64,000 nt of DNA from Laetmonice hystrix (Eukaryota). Position 1 is the stretch's first letter; each line of letters starts with the position of its first letter. The stretch is from positions 25,732,001-25,796,000 of the forward strand of contig OZ249436.1 in assembly GCA_965235115.1 (NCBI GenBank). Reading direction: 5' to 3'. This document shows, in pieces, positions 12,780 to 26,005 of this stretch. A model generated the notes under the pieces. The model was not told the origin of the DNA. It made no database searches and saw only the letters and a program-made list of their open reading frames with translations. A program made the position numbers and the translations under genes.

Positions 12780-14278
12780 AACAGTACGTCTATCTCAGTC
12801 ATTTTCCAAGATATCTCAACCAAACTTGGTACACATCTTGACCATGACAAGGTCTGGTAGGACAACGAGTTATGACGTGACGCGACGTCGCGTCATGACG
12901 TCATGACGTGAAATGTGGTTTTGGACGTCGAGGCCATTTTCTATTCTCATATTAGGAATTTCCAAAAACCTTCATGCCATTGTAATCGGGCAAGGGTGTT
13001 GCCTTAATCTAACACTTAATTTGACCTTTGACCTTAAGGAGAACTGGGTCCTTGGTCAAAAATCGGTTAAATCGCTACTCCTCCTTCATTTTATGGTAAA
13101 ATTTGACAATATTTGGCAGTAGGACTGTCTAACAAGAGATTAACAAAAGTTAATTAACGGCTAAGAGATTTGACCTATTTTCGCTGAACCACGTGACTTT
13201 GAAGTTTGTCAATTTTGACTTTTTTTTTCTAAAACTGCTTCAGTCATATAGGAATCATGTATTTGGTCACTAGATATGTGCTGCTATTGACGATTGATCA
13301 CTTTGCATATTTCTTTTCATAAATTTACCAATATTATTTTATTTATGATGAAATAATGTAATCTGACGTTGACAGGCTCTACCTTGAAACGTGTTTAAGA
13401 AAGCCATATATAAATACAAGAATTACAAAGTGTATAGATTCAGGTATACCACTGACTGTTTAGTTCTTGTTTTGGAAAGGTAATATGGCCAGAATTGTAA
13501 GTTTTAATGGGTATAGTCTTCACAATAATATTTTTGCCGTCTGACAGTTGGCATCTCTGAATACACAGATCTCCCACTGTGATGCGGCCGCCGGTCCCTG
13601 GCCAGGCCGGGAGAGAGTTACGTAAGTGCTGGTGATAAGGGCCGGGCGGTCGTTGTGACTACTCCCCCCCCCCTTCCTCCCAGTCAAGGTGGATTGGAAG
13701 AATATGTGTATTCAGAACAGACCTAACTGAATTAGCTCTATCTTTGAACTGTATGTGTGACTGTCTAATACATGTACATGTTTTGGAGTCTCACATAGGG
13801 GAAGAGCTGAATAAAATGATACTTTGATTGTTGGCAGTGGAGTTCAAGTGATACAACAAACTTTTGGTCAGCTGCACTTGGTTTCAGCCTGAGCCAACAG
13901 TCTGGTGTGGATGACATTCGCCGCCCGGCGCCGCCCGGTGTGAGATGCAAAATGGACCCCCCATAATATATGGACCCCCGGTCCATATTTCACAGTGAAA
14001 TATGGACTCCCCCCATACGATATGGACCCCCCCTCCGTTTTGCCTCTATTTTATATACAATGACTTGCCAAACTAGCAATATTATACAAAACAATCATTT
14101 CTGTCCGTTTCCATAAAAAAGTTGCTTATTAGTAGGCCTAGGATTTAGGCCTACATCATGCCCTAAGCCTGGACTCCCACCACTCATCCAACATTGTTTA
14201 TGGCAGCTGGGTCCTGAATTAATGACAGTATAAATGTGTTAAAGGAGCTATATTATATTACTAACTTTGAGTATAGCA

Positions 14279-15641
14279 TGTTACGCGCCATCGGTCGATC
14301 TGACCCATCGGCCGATGGGTCAGACCCATCGGTGGATCGGCCAACGGGTCGCCCATCGACCGATGGGCGACCCATCGGTGGATGCGCAGCGCGCGCTAGG
14401 GTCGCGGCCCATCGGCCGATGGGTCGCGGCCCATCGGTGGATGGGTGGTTGGTAAACCAGGAGACATGAAATGACATGAAAACCTAGAGGAGACAACCTC
14501 TCAACCCGAGCCGCAGGCTTCCTTCAGTCAAGAACTCAGATCCCCCAGCCACCTCCGCCCCAGACCACCCAGCCACCTCTTGCCCAGACACGACACCCAC
14601 CTCCTGTCCAGACCCCACACCCACCTCCTGTCCAGACCCCACACCCACCTCCTGGGCAGACCCCACACCCACCTCCTATCCAGACACGACACCCACCTCC
14701 TGCCCAGACCCCACACCCACCTCCTGTCCAGACCCCACACCCACCTCCTGCCAGACCCCACACCCACCTCCTGTCCAAACCCCACACCCACCTCCTGCCA
14801 GACCCCACACCCACCGCCTGTCCAGACCCCACACCCACCTCCTGCCAGACCCCACACCCACCGCCTGTCCAGACCCCACACCCACCTCATGTCCAGACCT
14901 CACACCCACCTCCTGTCCAGACCTCACACCCACCTCCTGGGCAGACCCCACACCCACCTCCTATCCAGACACGACACCCACCTCCTGCCCAGACCCCACA
15001 CCCACCTCCTATCCAGACCTCACACCCACCTCCTGTCCAGACCCCACACCCACCTCCTACCCAGACCCCACACCCACCTCCTGTCCAGCCTCACACCCAC
15101 CTCCTGTCCAGACCCCACACCCACCTCCTGTCCAGACCCCACACCCACCTCCTGTCCAGCCTCACACCCACCTCCTGTCCAGACCCCACACCCACCTCCT
15201 GTCCAGACCCCACACCCACCTCCTGTCCAGGCTCCACACCCACCTCCTGTCCAGACCTAACAACCACATCCTGTCATTAAATCGGTCACCATTGTTGCCA
15301 TGTTTGATTACCCCCGGATTTACCCGCTGTTAACACTACTTAACATTTTCACACACATTTCAAGTTCTGTTAAAGTTTTTAAAGTTAGGGTGCCTACGTC
15401 TAAACGTTTTTTTCTTCATGATAACTACAGTATAGTCCGTTTTATGTACTGCATCCATGTGTTCTGTTTACCAACCACCCATCCACCGATGGGTCAGACC
15501 CATCGGCCGATGGGCCGCGACCCTGGCGCGCCGCGCATCCACCGATGGGTCGCCCATCGGTCGATGGGCGACCCGTTGGCCGATCCACTGATGGGTCTGA
15601 CCCATCGGCCGATGGGTCAGATCGACCGATGGCGCGTAACA
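14279..15641. mobile_element. TGT...ACA TIR element with 5-bp TSD (Ginger2/TDD-like), nested in Ginger1-like copy 1
   Basis: TIRs of about 180 bp (TGTTACGCGCCATCGGTCGATC...); TAGCA at 14274-14278 and 15642-15646; copy 2 shows the empty site at about 28615-28635. Superfamily assignment is tentative. Confidence 0.75.
14545..15258. repeat. C-rich minisatellite, unit CCAGACCCCACACCCACCTCCTGT (24 bp, with shorter variants), about 30 copies
   Basis: Direct reading; explains the repetitive ORFs at 14484-15260. Confidence 0.95.
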
Positions 15642-17600
15642 TAGCATATGAAGTTATCCCTCTATTTTTCCAGGATGTGGGTCGAATTTAAATAGCGGAA
15701 TGTGGACCCACCCCCTCCCCACCCCCACCCCCAGCTAATCTGCCCAGTTTATTTCGACTAAAGGAAGTTGCCCCGAAGGACTATACTTCAAAGCTTGAAA
15801 TCTTGATGAGCAAAACCTTGACAAACTGATATGTCTGAGTATGAATATCATTTCTATTATAAATAGGAGGCTCCAAATATATTTTGACAATGAGCATGAG
15901 CCGGCGACAATATATGCACGGCGACAATATATGCCGTAACAAAGTAGGCTACCCATATTTCTACCAGCTCACTGTGAGATTGGGGGGGGGGTCTATATTT
16001 CATAGTGTAATATGGACACCCCTCTCCCAAGAATGAGAGGGTTCAATATTCATACCAGCTCACTGAGATATTGGGGGAGGGGTGTCATTAGTCACCTAGA
16101 GATTGGGGTGGTGGGGAGTCCAAATTTCATAGTGTAATATGGACGACCCCCCCCCCCGTGAAGAATGAGAAGTACCCATATTTCTACCAGCCCACGGTGA
16201 AATTGGGGGGGGGGGCATAGTCACCTAGAGATTGGGGGGGGGGGGTCCAAATTTCATAGTGTAATATGGACCCCCCCCCCCCAGAAGAATGAGAGGTATG
16301 TTACGGCATATATTGTCGCCGTGCGGCGGCAAAAATATGCCAATGTTCGCCGGCGACAATATATGGACGGCGACAATATATGCCGTAACAAAGTACCCAT
16401 ATTTCTACCAGCTCACTGTGAGATTGGGGGGGGGGGGGTCTATATTTCATAGTGTAATATGGACACCCCTCTCCCAAGAATGAGAGGGTTCAATATTCAT
16501 ACCAGCTCACTGAGAGATTGGGGGAGGGGTTCCATAGTTACCTAGAGATTGGGGGAGGGAGTCCAAATTTCATAGTGTAATATGGACCCCCCCCCCCCCC
16601 TGAAGAATGAGAGGAACCCATATTTCTACCAGCTCACTGAGAGATTGGGGGCGGGGGTGTGTATAGTCACCTAGTGAAAATCTCCCCCCCCCCCCCCCCA
16701 ATGAGAGGCTTCTATATCTATATTCCGACTATATTCCAACTAACATGACCATAAAGAAATTGCTTTCGATTATATATCCTATGAACCTTCAACGTTACAT
16801 TTTAAGTTGTTATTTTCCTTTAAAAACAGTAGTTCAAACCCTAGAGTACAGCATTATTGCGACAAGACGTGCAAGAGGTGGGTGTTATGGAACTTAATTG
16901 TGTTAACGGTAATGTTAATGGAGCCATCAGGGGCGGATCTAGCTTTCAGAAAAGGAGGTGGGTGATGTTTGAGTGGAGGTGTCGAAAAGGGTCCGGAAGC
17001 ATGCCGCCCAGCTATAGCCTGTTGTCTAGATTTTTGGCTTCATTTTGCAACCCCCCCCCCCCCCTCAACCCTTAGATCCGCCACTACCCATACAACCATT
17101 GTATAGGTACGGTGCGCGGTAGCTGCTGACCAAACTTGAGGCACGTGCCGCAATCAACGCCTTGCTCATTGTCATCTCAACCCCAATAATGCTTTCCCGT
17201 GGTTGGTTGATCATGGTCCATGAAATGAACAAAAAATCGAAGGGGTCCATATTTCATGGGGGGAGTCCATATTTCATAGTGAAATATGGACCGGGGGGTC
17301 CAAATGTCACTATGAAATATGGACCGGGGGTCCATAATATGGGGGGTCCAATTTTCATATCACACCGGCGTGGGCACATCCCTCTATATCCCCACTCTTT
17401 CTTTTTGAAGAATTGACAAAAAAATATTGTTAGGCTAGCCACGGGTCTAGCATTTTCAGCAGAGGGGTCTCGGTTTAATCTTTAAAAATTAAAAGCTCTT
17501 AGAAGCGATTTCCCGCCTTTTAGGGCCATTATAGGGCATTATATTTTGTGGATTCATCACTCAACCAGTTCAAAATAGCCGGAATGCTTTGCAACTGTTA

Positions 17601-18492
17601 AGGCCTGTCTCCACTTGAGCGGTATGCCGCGCGTCTTAACGCCGCGTGATACGCACAGTGAAACACGCGGCGGAATACGCGGCGGCGATGCTTGTCCACT
17701 TTGGCGTGAAATTGCGGGCGCATACGGTCACTGATCATCATATTTTATCATATATAGGCTTGGGTTTTTCTCCACCTCTGTGACCAGATGCTCAGTTGTT
17801 CGGTCGTCCGCCTTTCGAGACATCTTGGTGAATGGCCAGGTGCAATTCAGTGCCAACTCTTCACAAAACACGCGGCGTGATCCGCGCAATAAATAGATTT
17901 TCTTTACCGAGCGTATCACACGGCGGTGGGAGTGCGTGTTTTTTTGCCGCCACGCTCAGGTGGACACTCCTTAGACCCAGTCAAATTCCGTGATCCTTGA
18001 CAGGAAATTCCGTTTTGAACTTTTAAAATTCCGTTTTTTTCCGTTTTAGTATTTTCTTAGTATACAAGGTGTCACAAAAAATGCACAACCATATCTGCAC
18101 ACCTGTCACATTTGCGAGTCCAGTCTGTTTGCTCTAAGAAGAGCTCGAGCATATTCATGACTCTCCCACCCCACTCCTCTAGCGGGTCCAGCCAGGCCAA
18201 CCCAGGTCCCAGCTACACTGTATAGATCCTCCTCTACGGTCGGCTGGGGAATTACCAGTAGTAAAAAAGACGTTTTCCGTTATTTTCCGTTTCACACTGG
18301 ATATTCCGTTTCAGATAGTAAATTCCATTTCAAATAGTAAATTCCGCGATTCCGTCCGCGATTCCGCGATCGCGGAAATTGACTGGCTCTAACTCCTGCA
18401 TTGGAATCTGTTGTTCTTTTACTAGGCGTTTTACCGCCGCGTATCACGTGGCGTTATGACGCGCGGCATACCGCTCAAGTGGACACAGGCCT
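17601..18492. mobile_element. PIF/Harbinger-like MITE
   Basis: TIR AGGCCTGT(C/G)TCCACTTGAGCGGTATGCCGCGCGTC; TTA TSD (17598-17600, 18493-18495); internal minus-strand remnant LVTEVEKNPSLY resembles a MADF/Myb-like N-terminus. Confidence 0.8.
17972..18391. mobile_element. Small TIR element with 6-bp TSD, nested in the Harbinger-like MITE
   Basis: TAGACCCAGTCAAATTCC / GGAAATTGACTGGCTCTA; ACTCCT at 17966-17971 and 18392-18397; many internal TTCCG motifs. Confidence 0.75.
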
Positions 18493-19449
18493 TTAGTTGG
18501 GTGTTGAAGGGAAAAAGAATCTATGTTCTGGCGGAGAATGGGGCCGACACGCGCCTTAAATACTTTGAGAAACGTCACATCTATCTCCAGAAATAGCGTT
18601 TTTTTACCTTCTAAATTCCAGCAAAGAACCTCGATACCATATCGAGGTTCTTTGATTCAAGTCCCCGCCCACATGTTCACCTCGCACCTTTGGTGCCCCT
18701 CCTTTCGTGCAGTGCTGGATCTGTGCATGCCTGTAGGAGGAGCATGACGTTATGATGTTATCATTATTTCTTCAGCCTATATAACTTGTAAACGGTGCAA
18801 GATGGAGCCATGGTTACTATTGAACAGGAATAGGAAGTCATATATACATTGTATGCTCTTTCAATTGACACCAAGATTTATGATGTAATGTATCATATGA
18901 TGTCATAATGATGCCATTGACATCTTCGAAGGTTGCTAAATCCTAAACCATTCAAGATAGAGCAATGGTTACCATTTAACCCTACTAGGAAGTCATATAT
19001 GCTGACTTCGACACCATTATCTTTAGGTGACGACGTGACCTATGACGTCAGATGGAAGTCGATATTTTAGTTTGGCTAAAACTTATAAATGGTTGGCGTT
19101 AGAGACATAGTTACTATTAAAAACTCATAGAAAGTCATATATCTTTCACTTGACATTTTTTTACGTGACTTGACTGACATCATAAGGTGTCATAGGTATT
19201 TTTCTCAGGGCTATAACTTGTAAATAGTACAAGTTAGAGCTATAGTTACTATTAAACAGTAATAGGAAGTCATATACATGCTCTTTCATTTGAGACCAAG
19301 ATTTATTACGTAGTATGACGTGTCGCCTCATAATTACGTCATTGGCATCTTCTAAAGCTTATAAGTCATTAACTGTGCAAGATCGAGCCATAGTTTACCC
19401 TACTCAGAACATGTCATATATCACGTGACTCCCCGGGGATGGGATCAAT

Positions 19450-19812
19450 GAGGGACTTTGTTACCGTCTTTTCCGCCTGGCGGCAGCACTGTCAACCCGG
19501 TCCCCTTGGGCCCACATTATTATGACGTTAGATAGGTCGACGAAATGCTAATCTATCGCTGGGTGCCGTAGAGCTATTTGCTATGAAATATTTTGGTACG
19601 TTTAGAAGTTCTACAACATGGTGAAGCCTATCAAGTTATTATTTTTCATAACAAATAGTCTAAACGCATCCTGCCACAGATTAGCATTTCGTCGTCCTAT
19701 CTAACGTCATACTAATGTTTAGCCAAGAGGACCGGGCGACAGTGCTGCCGCAACGCGGACATGACCTGAAATGCGCCGTTGCGCATGCGTCTCAAGGAAT
19801 GTGAAGTCCCTC
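19450..19812. mobile_element. Small TIR element inserted in a Helentron 3' terminus
   Basis: GAGGGACTT...AAGTCCCTC inserted in the CAATTG of the conserved tail with AT duplicated; internal inverted repeat related to 4876-5130. Confidence 0.75.
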
Positions 19813-22800
19813 ATTGTGGTATCGCCACAACGTGTCTAGTTATCCCATCCCCTACGGAGGGGATGGGATTTAGAAATTGTGTGGTTTCGTCTTCTGTATT
19901 ATTATTTTTGGCGATGTAGTTGTAGTAGTTGTAGTAGTAAACAGTACCTCTATCTCAGTCATTTTTCAAGATATCTCAACCAAACTTGGTACATATCTTG
20001 ACCATGACACGGTCTGGTAGGACAACGAGTTATGACCTGATGGGACGTCACGTCATGACGTCATGACGTGAAATGTGGTGTTGCACGTTGAGGCCATTTT
20101 CTATGCTCATATTAGGATTTTTTAAAGCCCTTTATGCCATTGTAATCGGACAAGGGTGCTGCCTCAATCTGACACTTGATTTGACCTTTGACCTTTGACC
20201 TTGGGGAGAACTGGGCCCTTGGTCACAAATCGGTTAAATCGCTACTCCTTCTTCATTTTGTGGTAAAACTTGTCAATGTTGGGCAGATACACTCTCTAAC
20301 GAAAGCTTCACAAGGTGATCGTTGGGATTTAGCGATTTGACCTTTTTTCGCCGAACCACGTGACTTTGAAGTTTGTCAATTTTGACATTTTTTTCTAAAA
20401 CTGCTTTAGTCATATAGGAATCGTGTATTTGGTCACTAGATATGTGCTGCTATTGATGATTGATCACTTTGCATATTTCTTTTCATAGATTTACCAATAT
20501 ATTTTTATTTATGATGAAATATGTAATCTGACTGTTGACAGGCTCTACCTTGAAACGTGTTTAAGATAGCCATAATACAAATACAACTATTACAAAGTGT
20601 ATAGATTCAGGTATATCACTGATTGTTTAGTTCGTTTTTTGGAAAGGTAATGTGGCCAGAATTGTAGGTTTTAATGGGAATAGTCTCCACAATAATATTT
20701 TTGCCGTCTGACAGGTGGCATCTCTGAATACACAGATCTCCCACTGTGCTGCAGCCGCCGGTCCCTGGCCAGGCCAGGAGAGAGTTACGTAAGTGCTGGT
20801 GATAAGGGCAGGGCGGGCGGTTGTGACTACTCCCCCCCCCCCCCTCCCTTCATCCCAGTCAAGGTGGATTGGAAGAATATGTGTATTCAGAACAGACCTA
20901 ACTGAATTAGCTCTATCTTTGAACTGTAAGTGTGACTGTCTAATACATGTACATGTTTTGGGGTCTCACATAGGGGAAGAGCTGAATAAAACGATACTTT
21001 GATTGTTGGCAGTGGAGTTCAAGTGATACAACAAACTTTTGTCAGCTGCACTTGGTTTCAGCTGCACAGTCTGGTGTGGATGACATTTGCACCCATTTTT
21101 CTTGCGTGAAACTGCCCTGACATGGTGCTTTATGATATCTGTGATATTTTTCATGATACCCGTAACAGGAATCTATCTAATCCATAAGGACTATAATATT
21201 TCATAATGTCAAAGGGATACTTAGTAACTTCCATGTGGATGAAAATGGCCCTATTGTTAGGTCAATAATTAAATGAGAGAAAAATATTGGTAATGATCGA
21301 AAACCATTGGGGAAATGGGACCTACCTGTATTGCTTGGCAATAAGAATTTCTGGATTCAATTAGTATTTACGATTATAACGTTTCCTTCCACAATTATTA
21401 ATATCAAAATAGGTAGGTATACCGTGCAGTAGACCTCTATGATCCCTTTCGACATGTCAGGGGCGGATCCCCACTCTTTCTTTTTGAAGAATTGACAAAA
21501 ATTAGTGTTAGGCTAGGTCCATATAGAGCCGCGTGTCTACGATTTTCAGCAGGGCGGTCTCGGGAATTTTTTTTTTAAATTAGAAGCTCTTAGATGCGAT
21601 TTTTCCTCCTTTTGTGGACCCTTTTAGTGCATTATACCTTGTGGATTCATCACTCAACCAGTTTAAAATAGGCAGAATGCGTTGCACCTGTTCGTTTGAT
21701 GTTGTTCCGTTGAATCTAAGGGGAAAAGAATCCATGCTCTGGGGGAGCATGGGGGGGGGGGGGTCCGACCCCCGACCCCTGCTGACATGCGCCTGAAATA
21801 CTTTGAGAAACTTCACATCTAGCTCCAGAAATAACGTTCTTTGACCATCTAAATTTAAGTCGCCCCCCCCCCCCCCATGTTCGCCTCACACCTTTGGTGC
21901 CCTTCCTTCCTTGCAGTACTATTGAACAGGAATAGGAAATCATACATTGTATGCTCTTTCAATTGACACCAAGATTTATTATGTACTGTATCATGTGATG
22001 TCATAATGATGCCATTGACATCTTCCAAGGCTTCTAAGTAATAAACCATTCAAGATAGAGCCATGGTTACAAACACGAATAGGAAGTCATATATGATCTT
22101 TCGCTTGACATTTTTTACATGACGTGTCTCATGACATCATAAGGTGTCATAGATATGTTTCTCAGGGCAATGACTTGTAAATGGTTGAGGTTGGAACTAT
22201 AGTTAATATTAAACACTAATAGGAAGTACATGCTCTTTCATTTGAGACCAAGATTTATGTAGCCTGACTTGCCACCTCATAATTACGTCATTTACCTCTT
22301 TTAAAGCTTGTAAGTCATTAACCTCGCAAGATTGAGCCATATTTTTTACCCACTCAGAACGTGTCATATATGACGTGACTCCCCGGGGATGGGATCAATT
22401 GTGGTATCGCCACAACGTGTCTAGTTATTTTTTGCGATGTAGTTGTAGTAGTAAACAGTACCTCTATCTCAGTCATTTTTCAAGATATCTCAACCAAACT
22501 TGGTACATATCTTGACCATGACACGGTCTGGTAGGACAACGAGTTATGACCTGATAGGACGTCACGTCATGACGTCATGACGTGAAATGTGGTGTTGCAC
22601 GTTGAGGCCATTTTTTATGCTCATATTAGGATTTTTTAAAACCCTTCATGCCATTGTAATCGGACAAGGGTGCTGCCTCAATCTGACACTTGATTTGACC
22701 TTTGACCTTTGACCTTGGGGAGAACTGGGCCCTTGGTCACAAATCGGTTAAATCGCTACTCCTTCTTCATTTTGTGGTAAAACTTGTCAATATTGGGCAG

Positions 22801-24534
22801 ATACACTCTCTAACGAAAGCTCCACAAGGTGATCGTTGGGATTTAGCGATTTGACCTATTTTCGCCGAACCACGTGACTTTGAAATTTGTCAATTTTGAC
22901 TTTTTTTCTAAAACTGCTTCAGTCATATAGGAATCATGTATTTGGTCACTAGATATGTGCTGCTATTGACGATTGATCACTCTGCATATTTCCTTTCATA
23001 AATTTACCAATATATTTTTATTTATGATGAAATAATGTAATCTGACGTAGACAGGCTCTACCTTGAAACGTGTTTAAGATAGCCATATACAAATACAAAA
23101 ATTACAAAGTGTATAGATTCAGGTATACCACTGACTGTTTAGTTCTTGTTTTGGAAAGGTAATATAGCCAGAATTGCAAGTTTTAATGGGTATAGTCTTC
23201 ACTATAATATTTTTACACTCTGACAGGTGGCATCTCAGAATACACTAATCACCCGCTGTGAAGCCAGCGCCAGGGTCGGCAGAGGGTTACGTAAGATAAG
23301 GGCCGGCCGTCTGTTGTGACTACTCCCCCCTCCCTCGCAGTCAGGTTGGGGTTGGAGGAATGTGATTGTGTATTCAGAACTAACATAACTGAATTAGCTG
23401 TGCCTTTGAACTGTAGGTGTAACTGTCTAATGCATTTGTTTTCTAATCTTACCTAGGAGAGCTGAATACATCTCAGGGACGGATCTCCACTCTTTCTTTT
23501 TGAAGAATTGACAAACATTATATTGTTAGGCTAGGTCTAAATACAGCCACGTGTCTAGGATTTTCAGCATTTTCGGAAATGTTTTTTTTGGGTTAAATTA
23601 GAAGCCTTTTATGGACCCTTTTAGTGCATTATATTTTGTGTATTCATCACTCAACCAGTTTAAAATAGGCGGAATGCTTTGCACCTGTTCGTTCGATGTT
23701 GTTCCATTGAATCTAAAAGAAAAAGAATCTATGCTCTGGGGGAGCAGGAGAGGGGGTCCAACCCCCGGACCCCTACCGACATGCGCCTGAAATACTTTGA
23801 GAAACTTCACATCTAGCTCCAGAAATAACGTTCTTTGACTTTCTAAATTCAAGCCCCCCCCCCCCCCCGCGCCCATGTTCGCCTTGCACCTTTGGTGCCC
23901 CTCCTTTCTTGCGGTACTGGATCTGAGCCTGCATGAAAGCAGGATCATGACGTATGAGATTATAATGATGTTAGCCTAACATTATTTTCTTAAGCCTACA
24001 ACTCGTGAACGGTGAAAGATGGAGCCATGGTTACTGTTGAACAGGAATAGGAAGTCATATAGATTATATGGTCTTTCAATTGACACCAAGATTTATTATG
24101 TAGCGTATCACATGATGTCATAATGATGCCATTGACATCTTCTCAGGCTTCTATGTAATAAACCATTTAAGATAGAGCCATGGTTACAACTTGTACGAAT
24201 AGGAAGTCATATGATCTTTCGCTTGACATTTTTTTATGTGACGTGTCCCATGACATCATAAAGTGTCATAGATATTTTTCTCAGGGCAATAACTTGTAAA
24301 TGGTTGAAGTTGGAACTATAGTTACTATTAAACACTAATAGAAAGTACATGACCAAGATTTATTATGTAGCCTGACGTGTCACCTCATAATTACGTCATT
24401 TACCTCTTCTAAAGCTTATAAGTCATTCACTGCACAAGATTGAGCCATATTGTTTACCCCACTCAGAACATGTCATATATGACGTGACTCCCCGGGGATG
24501 GGATCAATTGTGGTGTCGCCACAACGTGTCTTGT

Positions 24535-25680
24535 TATCCCATCCCCTACGGAGGGGATGGGATTTAGAAATTGTGTGGTTTCGTCTTCTGTATTATTATT
24601 ATCCCATCCCCTATCCAGGGGATGGGATCTAGAAATTGTCTGGTTTCGGTTTCCGTATTATTATCCCATCCCCCCGGAGGGGATGGGATCTTGAAATTGT
24701 AGTTGTTACCAAGTTGTTAACATTTGTTAACACTATGTCATAACTCGGTCATTTTTCAAGATATCTCAACCAAACTTGGTACGCATCTTGACCATGACGA
24801 AGTCTGGTCAGACAATGAGTCATGACGTGACGTGACGTCAGCGTCATGACGTCAATTTTTTGGGATATTAGGGACCATTTTTAAAGTTCATATTGGGAAT
24901 TTATAATATCTATCATGGCATTTTGATCAGGCAAGGGTCTTGCCTAAGACTGACCCTTCGTTTGACCTTTGACCTTTGACCTTAGGGAGAACTGGGTCCT
25001 AGGTCGTAAATCGATTAAATCCCTACTTCTTCCTCAATTTTCATTAAAATTTTATGAAATTGCACAGGGATAGTCTCTGGGGAGAGATTCAAAGGAATCC
25101 GCTTTGCTACAATTGATTTGACCTATTTTCGCTGAGTCACGTGACCTGAAAGTTTTGAACAGTGGTCAACATAGCTATATATGGCTAAAACTCGAAGATG
25201 CTTGTCTATAAGAGCCATGTTTTTTATTGTACACAGATAGGAAGTGATATGCTCTTTCATTTGGCACCATAATATTTAAGGGTTTACGCCCTATTTACTG
25301 AACCACGTGACCTGCAAGTTTTAAAATTAGGTCATTTGGAAGATTCCTGGCTGTAACTCCTGAAAGATTTAAGACAGAGCCATAATTGTTCATGAACTGT
25401 ATAAAGGTGTATGTCCTCTTTAATTAGGTACCATAATTTTTTTCTTACATGACTTGTGACATCATCTATAACGTCATTTTTACGGCGCAATTGTGTAAAC
25501 ATGTATGTCTATCTCAGTCATTTTTTAATATATCTCAATGAAATTTGGCACACATCTTTATGACAAAGTCTAATCAGGCAGTGAGTCATGACATCATGTC
25601 ACGTCACGTCATGACCTCATGACATCAAATGTATTTTGAAACTTGAGGTCATTTTTAAAGCTCATGTTGATATTTAACAA
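24535..25680 (+). mobile_element. Three heads of different Helentron subfamilies, followed by a 3'-incomplete body
   Basis: Heads with loops TACGGA, TATCCA and CCGGA, followed by core sequence (TTTTTCAAGATATCTC..., TTGACCTTTGACCTT). Confidence 0.8.
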
Positions 25681-26005
25681 AAAAAACAACATTATGGCTG
25701 GGGACTTCAAACTGTCTACTTTAACATAATATAAATTTTAATTAGAAAAATATATAATTAACAACACAGAGATCAATTAGTTAACAGAGTTGCCACTCTT
25801 CCACTTTTTAATGGAATTCCACTTTTTCTCTCCTCCCCCTCAAAAATGTTTTTCCCCTATACTATAGGCCTACTAGTTACTCTAGTATAGGGCTAATATT
25901 ACTGCTCCCCGAGTGCCTGCCCCTGGGTGCCGGTAGGACGGGCTATCGAGCGCTGCCGCGCCGGCCTACCCAGCCGCTCCCCGGGTGCCTGCCCCTGGGT
26001 GCCGG

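Larger units (their letters stand above)
13939..17364 (+). mobile_element. Ginger1-like non-autonomous DNA transposon, copy 1
   Basis: TGTGA...TCACA termini with imperfect TIRs of about 110 bp; CCGG on both sides (13935-13938, 17365-17368). The empty-site sequence GGCGCCGCCCGGCGTGGGCAC is seen at about 62626-62647. No transposase. Confidence 0.75.
12725..24534 (+). mobile_element. Family-A Helentron bodies: 12725-19840 (with several insertions), head+body 19841-22425, headless body 22426-24534
   Basis: Colinear modules of about 2.1-2.6 kb, each ending in subTIR, stem-loop and CTAGT (CTTGT at 24530-24534). Confidence 0.85.

Noticed and set aside
14484..15260. Cys/Gly-rich and Pro/His-rich ORFs (keratin- or mucin-like)
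   Set aside because: Translations of a 22-24-bp minisatellite, open in many frames on both strands.
1483..23948. Recurring ORFs MILLSCRLRSSTARKEG... and MSSTPDCWLRLKPSAADQK... as captured host genes
   Set aside because: They recur only because the Helentron body is repeated. Frames break at poly-G tracts, no domain is recognisable, and the nearby GTAAGA/CAG motifs do not form a convincing exon.
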